Assembly (NCBI GenBank): GCA_965249275.1
Contig: CBDFLQ010000005.1
Location: 288,001 to 352,000, forward strand
DNA from: Dehalococcoidia bacterium
GTDB taxonomy: Bacteria; Chloroflexota; Dehalococcoidia; Plut-88900
DNA: 64,000 nucleotides
Direction: 5' to 3'
Position 1 is the stretch's first letter. Each line of letters begins with the position of its first letter. A program made the translations under genes and the position numbers. Positions 57,501-64,000 of this stretch are shown piece by piece. The notes below the pieces were generated by a model. It worked only from the letters and a program-made list of their open reading frames with translations. It was not told the DNA's origin and did not search any database.

Positions 57501-58295
57501 ATCGGCGATGCACATTGTGTTCTCAAGGGCATCGGGCAGGTCGGAGAAGAGCTGGCGCATCTCCTCGGGTGTCTTGAGATAGAGGGAGTCGTCGGACATC
57601 TTCAGACGCTTCTCGTCCTGGACGTTGGTGTTGGTCTGGATGCAGAGAAGGATGTCCTGGACACTGGCCTCGTCGCGGTGGATGTAGTGAACGTCGTTGG
57701 TGGCGACCAGGGGGATTTCGAGATCATGACTGAGGCGGAGGAGGCCCTCGTTGATAGGGGTAAGCATGTCGAGGTCGTGGCGCTGGATCTCCAGGTAGTA
57801 GTCCTGGAAAACTTCACGGTACCAGCGGGCGGCGGCATAGGCGTCGTCCATACGGCCTTCCAGGATGGCGCGCGGGACCTCGGCGGTGGGGCAGCCGGAG
57901 AGGACTATGAGGCCCTCATGGTGCTGTTCGAAGAGGGCCCTGTCCATGCGGGGCTTGTAGTAGAAGCCCTCCATGTTGGCCTTGGTGACCAGCTGTATGA
58001 GGTTGCGGTAGCCGGTCTCGTTCTTGGAGAGGACGGTCAGGTGGTAGGGTGACTTCTCGGAGGGGGTCTTGGTACGGCGGTTGCTGTGGGCGACGTAGAC
58101 CTCACAACCGATGATGGGTTTGACGCCGGTCTTGCGGGCAGCGGAATAGAAATCGATGGCGCCATAGAGGTTGCCGTGGTCGGTTAGGGCCATGCTCTCC
58201 ATCCCCAGGTCCCGGGCCCGCTGCATAAGGTTTGGGATGCGGCAAAGGCCATCCAACAGGCTGAATTCGGAATGGAGATGAAGGTGTGTATACAA
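54507..58295 (-). CDS. dnaE: DNA polymerase III alpha subunit with a repeat-derived Pro-rich linker
   Basis: HLHLHSEFSLLDG PHP domain, GRGS-like VRGSAAG, PDIDLDF, KMDFLGL, YAFNKAHS. Confidence 0.97.
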   Translation of the reverse strand: MYTHLHLHSEFSLLDGLCRIPNLMQRARDLGMESMALTDHGNLYGAIDFYSAARKTGVKPIIGCEVYVAHSNRRTKTPSEKSPYHLTVLSKNETGYRNLIQLVTKANMEGFYYKPRMDRALFEQHHEGLIVLSGCPTAEVPRAILEGRMDDAYAAARWYREVFQDYYLEIQRHDLDMLTPINEGLLRLSHDLEIPLVATNDVHYIHRDEASVQDILLCIQTNTNVQDEKRLKMSDDSLYLKTPEEMRQLFSDLPDALENTMCIADMCDLSIEFDRLRLPHYPTPHGEDADDYLATLCEEGFRRLYPGAGENARRRLLDELDVIKKTQFANYFLVVMDITSYSRENGILFGVRGSAAGSVVLYCLGITDIDPLEYGLVFERFLNIERNEMPDIDLDFQDDRRDEVIAYVTRKYGAEHVAQIVTFGTLGARAALRDVGRALGMPYSIVDNVAKQVPFGVKSIDEAMKASPDLSSTYNQDHAVRKLVDSAQKLEGVARHASTHAAGIVISQEPLTNYVPLQRASRSDGEEIAVTQFSMDPIAKLGLLKMDFLGLINLTILGKALDIIAKSGGARMSLNDIPLDDKRTFDHLSSGETTGIFQLESSGMRRYIKQLKPTSVNDVAAMIALYRPGPMEHITRFIEAKHQRAEVTYPHPALSDILEETYGVIVYQDQVLLILRMFAGYSLGQADVVRKAMGKKIASLMAEERQRFLEGAKAKGFPQDLSEYMFELILPFAGYAFNKAHSVSYAMISYWTAYLKANYPVEFMTALLTCHPSQSDHTSSAVEECRKLGIQVLRPDINMSDIDFTMERDNGSSSIRFGLSAVKNVGDGAVRPLVEARQEDGPFKSVEDMCRRANLHNLNKRALESLIKVGALDSLEDRGSLLGGIDRILSMSQRESDLKNSGQTTMFDLWGASVATPLPELELERIRIQPGESETWEKELLGASLAESPISRINRNLGDIEPNMCGDISPEQDGQKVILVGQLSSFRTGTTRRGDPFGAAVMEDISGSIEVVGWKEVYQRTQALWVDGSILKVEGRVRLRNGDRVSVHCNSVQKFDLPTEDDESETPPVIPAPEPVEDVEDAPRRAPGRESIPSGVEPSIEPTANGAVLPEPANRSGEDSPRPAAGPPRRIEGSTERNGEAPPAYPEPAPVSTNRESENGAAHPTPTVIPAEAGIHPPPTTPGEVWLKIRATGDDTQDAEMLKDALTIARQCPGPSALFLQIEERSRITHLEVPGVQVEYSPRLVKLLSPRLGDDAITLAGA
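54760..55095 (+). repeat. Stack of host repeats C/B/C and micro-elements inside dnaE, all in frame
   Basis: Host C at 54769-54795; host B at ~54885-54976 with 21-nt (54905-54925) and 33-nt inserts; host C at 55022-55093 with nested 42-nt insert (55029-55070). Confidence 0.85.
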
Positions 58296-58322
58296 AGATA
58301 AATGCCCCGCCCGGCACCTCCG

Positions 58323-58331
58323 ATTATATCA
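58323..58331 (-). promoter_or_regulatory. Extended -10 element for dnaE
   Basis: TGATATAAT on the minus strand about 27 nt before the start codon. Confidence 0.5.
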
Positions 58332-58461
58332 TCGGCACCCCCTGAAACGGCGCTGAAGAGGGGTTGTTTTCGGTGATTTCGGAGCAGTAGGAGAGCCTCG
58401 TTGACACCCCAAAACCGCTTTGCTAATCTCGACGCACTTTTGCTGTGCGAGGTTATGAAAA

Positions 58462-59400
58462 GTGATACTGGTTACGGGAGCGACGGGCTTTATCGGGAGG
58501 CGGATAGTGACGCGGCTGGTGGAGCGAGGAGAAGAGGTGAGACGGCTGGTGAGGCCGGTGCCCAACCCTCGAGCCTCGGGGCTACCGGCGGTCCACTTCG
58601 TCACGGGGGACGTGACCGATCCCGACTCTCTGCGGGCTGCCTGCGACGGTGTAGATATGGTAGTCCACACCGTTGCGGTAATCAGGGAGAAGGGCCGGAC
58701 CACGTTCGAGGCAATAAACGTGCAGGGGACGCAAAACGTGGTGGAGGCGGCAGTGCAGGCCGGCGTGCGCAAGATAGTCCACCTGAGTGCGATTGGTGCG
58801 GGGCCCGACCCTCAATATCCTTATCTGAGGTCGAAATGGGAGGGCGAGGAAGCAGTAGTCAACTCTAAATTGAGACACGTTGTATTGCGGCCCTCGCTGG
58901 TGTTCGGGCCTGGGGACGAGTTTATAAACGCCCTGGCTGCAACGATCAGGGTCGGGCCGGTGGTCCCGTTTATCGGGTCGGGAAATACGAAGTTTCAGCC
59001 GATACACGTTGAGGACGTGGCACGGTGCGTGGACAGGGTGCTGATTGACGGCACCTACACCGGAGAGACCATCGAGATCGGTGGGCCGGACATCCTCAGC
59101 TACCGGCAGATAACGGACACGATCATCCGGAGGTTTGGCCGCATGCGGATTAAGGTGAGAGTACCAACTTCCATGATGCGTGCGGCGCTTCCGTTCCTGA
59201 AGATAGCCTCGCCTCACCCGCCGATCACTCGGGTTCAGTTGGACATGCTGAACATCGACAATGTGTCGGCGCACAGGTCCGTGGAAGCCAACTTCGACTT
59301 TCAGGCCCGCCCGCTAGATGGGAACATCGACTACATCCTGGACATGGGATGGAAGGAAGCCCTGTCCATAACGCTGGGACTCCGGCCCGCGAGAAGGTGA
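58462..59400 (+). CDS. NDUFA9-like NAD-dependent epimerase/dehydratase
   Basis: VTGATGFIG, Y..SK, RPS.VFG.GD, FQPIHV.D. Confidence 0.9.
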   Translation: MILVTGATGFIGRRIVTRLVERGEEVRRLVRPVPNPRASGLPAVHFVTGDVTDPDSLRAACDGVDMVVHTVAVIREKGRTTFEAINVQGTQNVVEAAVQAGVRKIVHLSAIGAGPDPQYPYLRSKWEGEEAVVNSKLRHVVLRPSLVFGPGDEFINALAATIRVGPVVPFIGSGNTKFQPIHVEDVARCVDRVLIDGTYTGETIEIGGPDILSYRQITDTIIRRFGRMRIKVRVPTSMMRAALPFLKIASPHPPITRVQLDMLNIDNVSAHRSVEANFDFQARPLDGNIDYILDMGWKEALSITLGLRPARR

Positions 59401-59479
59401 CGGGGGGAACGCAAGTTTGACGTCCCCGGACACCCAGGGCTGTGTATGTTAGGCCCGACCTACATTTGGAAGGCTCACT

Positions 59480-60184
59480 ATGACCTTACGTTTGCGTTCC
59501 ATAGCCATACCGTTGGCGCTAATCATTTCACTGCTCGCGGTCTGGTTACTTCTCCAGCCGGAGCGGAGCTACGCGTGTTCGTGCATATGGCCGGACTCAC
59601 CATCAGAAGAATTAGCGAACTCTGCGGCAGTATTCATGGGCAGAGTCGTCTCGGTACGCGAATTCGAACGAGGAGACAACAGTGCAAACAGTCTTGATCC
59701 GACGACTGTGGAGTTCGATGTTCAAACTGTCTGGAAAGGGTCGAATTACAGCACTATGTTCCTCACGACCTTTCGAGACGAGTCCGCCTGCGGTTTCCAG
59801 TTCAGAGAGGGGGAGACTTACGTTGTCTATTCGCACGACGGTTCGACCGTTAACATCTGTAACCGGACGCGTAGACTGTCGGATGCGGCGCCAGATCTGG
59901 CCGAGCTGGGGGAGAGACGCATGCCTGCTGAAGGTACAATAGCACCTACTCCTGTTTTGTCGGAGTACTGGCGCAGACTTTCAGAGGCAGCGGATGATAC
60001 GACCGAGCAAGGAGAAGGAGATGCGCTGGCTCAGAGTACAGTCACTCCAACTCCCGTTTCGTCGCAGAACGAGAGCGGTGGTGGATGTGGTCGTTCAGCT
60101 GACAGGCCTGATATATCCGCCATAGGGCTGATGGTTGGCTTCGCTTTGCTCGGACTGAGAAAGAAACCGTCCGGCACGAGTTGA
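59480..60184 (+). CDS. Secreted TIMP/NTR-like protein with a C-terminal GGC-TM-basic tail
   Basis: Signal peptide then ACSC; VF.G.V, ACG..F..GE.Y.VY, C.RT; tail GGGCG..hydrophobic..RKK. Confidence 0.75.
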   Translation: MTLRLRSIAIPLALIISLLAVWLLLQPERSYACSCIWPDSPSEELANSAAVFMGRVVSVREFERGDNSANSLDPTTVEFDVQTVWKGSNYSTMFLTTFRDESACGFQFREGETYVVYSHDGSTVNICNRTRRLSDAAPDLAELGERRMPAEGTIAPTPVLSEYWRRLSEAADDTTEQGEGDALAQSTVTPTPVSSQNESGGGCGRSADRPDISAIGLMVGFALLGLRKKPSGTS

Positions 60185-60224
60185 CCCGCGCCGACCTTGA
60201 ACCGAATGCCCCCCCAATTACCGG

Positions 60225-60257
60225 GACCCTGAGTCTGGAGACTCGGGGTCTTTCATT
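60225..60257 (+). terminator. Probable intrinsic terminator
   Basis: GACCCTGAGTC-TGGA-GACTCGGGGTC followed by TTTCATT. Confidence 0.55.
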
Positions 60258-60420
60258 AAACGCTATCGGTAACAAATGCAACGGAGGCCTGTTGTAGCTG
60301 AAGTTGCACGACCTGTTCGAAAGGAGTCGAAGAGAAAGTGATCCAACAGGACAACTCGCCGATGGCCGACCTGACGGGTAAAATAGAATGAACGCTGTCG
60401 GCTGCGGTTAAGGAGACCTC

Positions 60421-61755
60421 TTGGACTATCGCTCCGCCCTGAAATACATACTGGGGCTCACCAACTACGAAAAGTCGTTGAAGGAGCTTTACTCGCCGGG
60501 GAATGTGGACCTGGAGAGGGTGAGGGAGCTGCTGAGGCGGCTCGGTTCGCCGGAGTCGGGGTTGGGGATTGTGCACATCGCCGGGACGAAGGGTAAGGGA
60601 AGCACGGCAGCGATGATTTCTTCCGTCCTGCAGAAGGCCGGGTACCGAGTCGGGCTATTCACCTCCCCCCACCTCCACACATTCCGGGAGCGGGTGCAGA
60701 TAAACAGGGAGCCTATCTCGGCGGAGGACTTTGCGGGGGCGATGGAGAAGGTGAAACCCCACGTCGAGGAGATCAACGCTGTCGGGGAGCATGGTTACAT
60801 CACAACCTTCGAGGCGCTGACCGCTATGGCGTTGCTCTACTTCGCTGAGAAACAGGTGGAAGCCCTGGTATTCGAGGTCGGGGTGGGGGGGAGGTTGGAT
60901 GCCACGAACGTGGTCACTCCTGAGGTGAGCGTCATCACGTCGATAAGCCGGGACCACACCGAGCTGCTGGGCGAGACTCTGCCGGAGATAGCCGGAGAGA
61001 AGGCGGGGATAATCAAGGAGGGGGTCCCGGTGGTGGTCGCGCCTCAAGTGCCAGAGGTGGAAGAGGTGATTGGGTCGATAGCGCTGGAGCGGGGCTCGGA
61101 GATGGTGAACGTGGGCCGGGAGTCGGTGTGGAGGGCGTTGGGGCACGACGACCGGGGGCAAAGCCTGCTGGTACGAGGTTTCGAGAATGAATACAGGATC
61201 TCGATGCCTCTTCTCGGGGACCATCAGCAGGAGAACGCTGCGGCGGCTATAGCGGCACTGAGCGTGCTTCGACAGAAGGGGTGGCACATCTCAGAGGCTG
61301 ACGTGCTGGACGGATTCGCCGACCTGCGTTGGCCGGGTCGGATGGAAGAGCTCGGGCGACGGCCTTTGGTTATAGCCGACGGGGCGCACAACGGGGACTC
61401 GGCGAGGAGGCTGCGGGAGGCGCTGCTGAAGTACTTCGAATTTGGGAAAGTGGTGCTGGTGGTGGGGGTGTCGGCGGACAAGAACGTGGATGACATAGCC
61501 TCGGAACTTCTGCCCCTGGCGTCGACGGTGATATTGACGAAGTCTCGGCACATGAGGGCGGCAGACCCAGCCGACATAGCGGGGGCCTTCACCCGACCTG
61601 ATATAATCGTCGAGGCTACGGGGAGCGTGAAAGAGGCGCTGGAAAGGGCGCGGGAGATAGCCTCCGAGGAGGACCTGATCTGTGCCACTGGCTCGCTGTT
61701 CGTGGTGGGAGAGGCGATAGAGGCGGTGAAACGGGTGCCTGTGGAGACTTATTGA
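60421..61755 (+). CDS. folC: Folylpolyglutamate synthase/dihydrofolate synthase
   Basis: HIAGTKGKGST, TSPHL..RER, GGRLDATN, WPGR.E, DGAHN, TGSLF. Confidence 0.95.
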   Translation: MDYRSALKYILGLTNYEKSLKELYSPGNVDLERVRELLRRLGSPESGLGIVHIAGTKGKGSTAAMISSVLQKAGYRVGLFTSPHLHTFRERVQINREPISAEDFAGAMEKVKPHVEEINAVGEHGYITTFEALTAMALLYFAEKQVEALVFEVGVGGRLDATNVVTPEVSVITSISRDHTELLGETLPEIAGEKAGIIKEGVPVVVAPQVPEVEEVIGSIALERGSEMVNVGRESVWRALGHDDRGQSLLVRGFENEYRISMPLLGDHQQENAAAAIAALSVLRQKGWHISEADVLDGFADLRWPGRMEELGRRPLVIADGAHNGDSARRLREALLKYFEFGKVVLVVGVSADKNVDDIASELLPLASTVILTKSRHMRAADPADIAGAFTRPDIIVEATGSVKEALERAREIASEEDLICATGSLFVVGEAIEAVKRVPVETY

Positions 61756-61778
61756 ATGGGGCTCTCTAGGAACACTTT

Positions 61779-61892
61779 CACCCTCACCCTCACCCTCACC
61801 CTAGCCCTCTCCCATCGAGGGAGAGGGGACTGGACCTCCCCGCCGCCCCTCGGAATGAGGATTATGCAAAGGTCTCATCGACGGAGAGGGGA
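61779..61892 (+). repeat. Host repeat D with (CACCCT)4 expansion, plus a lone MITE right end fused to a second half-site
   Basis: CACCCT x4 then AGCCCTCTCCCATCGAGGGAGAGGG; TTATGCAAAGGTCTC-ATCGACGGAGAGGGG. Confidence 0.7.
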
Positions 61893-61955
61893 TGGGACCT
61901 TCCCCGAGTATCCGGGGAGGCAGGTTGTGCAGGCTTGTAAGGAAGGCACACTCAG

Positions 61956-63245
61956 TTGACGACTAGTCCATCGGAAATTCGACCTCAGTTGACCGACTAT
62001 AGGGGCCGACCGCGGGTGGTGGTGACGGGTCTGGGGGCGGTGACGCCGTTGGGGCGGACGGCCCAGGACTTCTGGAAGAACCTGGTGGATGGAGTGTCGG
62101 GGATAGGGCCGATGACGCTGTGCGACACGACGAACTATCCGACCAAGATTGCCGGGGAGATACCGGACTTCAACCCGAGGGACCGGCTCGACGCCCGGGA
62201 CGCGCGGCGGATGTCGAGGTTCAGCCAGATAGCGGTGACGGCGGGGCTTATGGCCGTCGAGGACTCTGGGCTGAATATGGAGTCGGAGGACCCGTCGAGG
62301 CTGGGAATCGTGCTTGGCAACGGGTGCGGGGGCTTTCCGGATATCGAGGACGGGGGTCGAACAGTCGAGACCAGAGGCGGGATGCGGCTCAGCCCATTCT
62401 TCTTCCCGATGATCCTTCCCAACATGGCCACATCGCAGGTGAGCCGGATACTGGGGTTGAAGGGGTTCACGAACACGGTCACAACATCGTGCGCGGCGGG
62501 GACACAGGGGGTGGGAGACGCCCTGGAGGTGCTCAGGCGGGGCTCGGCGGACGTGATGGTGGCCGGAGGCACGGAGGCGGGGATCAGCCAGCTGGGGCTC
62601 GGGGGGTTCAGTGTGATGAGGGCGCTCTCCACCAGCAACGAGGTACCGTCGAAGGCCAGCAGACCCTTCGACGCGAAGAGAGACGGGTTTGTGCCGGCGG
62701 AGGGCGCGGGCATCCTGATAATGGAAACGCTGGAGCACGCTCTAGGCAGGGGTGCAAACATCCTCTGCGAGGTCACGGGCTACGGGGTCTCCTCCGACGC
62801 TTTCCACATGGTGCAGCCGGACGACGAAGGTTCCGGCGCGGCTCGGGCAATGAGCTGGGCCATCGAGGATGCCAACGTCCGGCCCGACGAGATCGACTAC
62901 ATAAACGCTCACGGGACGTCGACGCCGCTTAACGACTCGGTGGAGACGCGGGCGATCAAGAAGGTGTTTGGGGAAGCGGCGTACAAGGTGGCGATAAGCT
63001 CGACGAAGTCGATGATCGGGCATGCGCTGGGCGGGGCGGGGGGCATGGAGTCGGTGGCGTGCGTGATGACGATAGTTGACGGGGTGATGCACCCGACGAT
63101 CAACTACGAATACCCGGACCCCGAGTGCGACCTGGACTATGTGCCTAACGAGGCGCGCCGGCAGACGGTGGGGAAGGTGCTGTCGAACAGCTTCGGGTTT
63201 GGGGGGCAGAATGCGTGTCTCGTGTTTGAGGGGTACGAGGGGTAG
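61956..63245 (+). CDS. fabF: Beta-ketoacyl-ACP synthase II
   Basis: RVVVTGLG, TSCAAG, SRPFD, NAHGTST, STKSMIGH, SNSFGFGGQN. Confidence 0.95.
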   Translation: MTTSPSEIRPQLTDYRGRPRVVVTGLGAVTPLGRTAQDFWKNLVDGVSGIGPMTLCDTTNYPTKIAGEIPDFNPRDRLDARDARRMSRFSQIAVTAGLMAVEDSGLNMESEDPSRLGIVLGNGCGGFPDIEDGGRTVETRGGMRLSPFFFPMILPNMATSQVSRILGLKGFTNTVTTSCAAGTQGVGDALEVLRRGSADVMVAGGTEAGISQLGLGGFSVMRALSTSNEVPSKASRPFDAKRDGFVPAEGAGILIMETLEHALGRGANILCEVTGYGVSSDAFHMVQPDDEGSGAARAMSWAIEDANVRPDEIDYINAHGTSTPLNDSVETRAIKKVFGEAAYKVAISSTKSMIGHALGGAGGMESVACVMTIVDGVMHPTINYEYPDPECDLDYVPNEARRQTVGKVLSNSFGFGGQNACLVFEGYEG

Positions 63246-63258
63246 GATAGCCTCGATA

Positions 63259-63355
63259 TCACTCTCACCCTAGCCCTCTCCCATCAAGGGAGAGGGGATT
63301 GGACCCCGCCCATTCCGTTCTTGAGACCCTTCGACTCGGCTCAGGGCGAGCGGAA
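63259..63355 (+). repeat. Intact host repeat D (reference empty site) and host repeat B
   Basis: ACTCTCACCCTAGCCCTCTCCCATCAAGGGAGAGGGG; CCCTTCGACTCGGCTCAGGGCGAGCGG. Confidence 0.8.
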
Positions 63356-63384
63356 TACCCCACACCTCTGTAAAAGTAGATGAC

Positions 63385-63415
63385 AATGGACCAGGCGCGT
63401 CACGCCTGGTCCATT
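63385..63415. terminator. 13-bp stem hairpin between convergent genes
   Basis: AATGGACCAGGCG-CGTCA-CGCCTGGTCCATT. Confidence 0.5.
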
Positions 63416-63441
63416 TGCATTTCTCAGGAAATGGCGAGCGG

Positions 63442-63690
63442 TTAGCTCTTTACGTATTCGACGCGGGGGAGCATGGGGTCGAACATGCGCTCGAGGGCCA
63501 TGGTGTGGCTGCACATGTTCCAGGAGGTGAAGAAGCCGCAGTCGCATCTGAGGATGCCGTCGTCATAGGTGACGTTGTGGCGCTGGTGGGCACCTCGGAA
63601 GCTAAGGCTGAAGTTGTTGAACTGCACCCTGTCGGGCTCTTCAGCGTAGGCCTTGGCCTTCTGTATCTTACCTATGAGACTTGACTGCAT
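63442..63690 (-). CDS. Small SWIM-type zinc-finger protein
   Basis: CDC..F......CSH; GAGGAG RBS. Confidence 0.8.
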   Translation of the reverse strand: MQSSLIGKIQKAKAYAEEPDRVQFNNFSLSFRGAHQRHNVTYDDGILRCDCGFFTSWNMCSHTMALERMFDPMLPRVEYVKS

Positions 63691-64000
63691 GTGCTCTCCT
63701 CACGGGTTCACTCTGCTGCGGACTCCCAAGGAATCTTGCGCCGGGCCCCGGGGCCTATTCGATTTTACCTCCCACCCTAACCTCGGTCAACGCGCGCAGG
63801 GCGTATGGGGCGGTTGCCATATGACTATCGAAAGAGTCACGGACAATCAAATGGGAACGGCTTTGTGTTTGATTGTTTGCGGGCAACAGGCACGATTTTT
63901 GATTGTTCCTTCTGCGCCGGGACTCTCGTTCTACATCGGGGGGGATATTCAGTTGGGCTTGGGTTTTGGCTGGTTTGTTGGGGAGGGAGTAGGCGATGGA

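Noticed and set aside
60190-60420. Riboswitch or ncRNA upstream of folC
   Set aside because: Only a terminator-like hairpin is recognisable; no riboswitch consensus seen by eye. An Rfam search would be needed.

Overview
64-kb chromosomal window of a GC-rich bacterium. Gene content suggests Chloroflexota (Dehalococcoidia/SAR202-like), and the eukaryote-like LRR lipoproteins suggest a host-associated, e.g. sponge-symbiont, lineage; both are inferences. It carries housekeeping and metabolic genes (leuCD, four tandem family-I CoA transferases, iscA-ygfZ, a split D-glutamate cyclase, an AbfD/HpaB-like flavoprotein, branched-chain 2-oxoacid dehydrogenase E1/E2, MoxR-DUF58-transglutaminase, dnaE, folC, fabF), two LRR lipoproteins and two IS5 copies. 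The most unusual signal is non-coding: a layered set of very small repeats. Four families of 25-45 nt hairpin host repeats (A-D) occur about 25 times, almost all in the same orientation. They are hit by (i) ~21-nt micro-elements (a CGCC-nn-GGCG hairpin plus a 7-nt tail) that insert without a clear target duplication, in tandem, in swapped order and nested up to three deep, including in-frame inside dnaE; (ii) a 129-bp MITE with a 5-bp TSD that lands in the loop of host D; and (iii) a 1196-bp IS5 that inserted twice at the same CTAG of host A, in opposite orientations. No enzyme that could mobilise the micro-elements is evident in this window. All alignments were made by eye.
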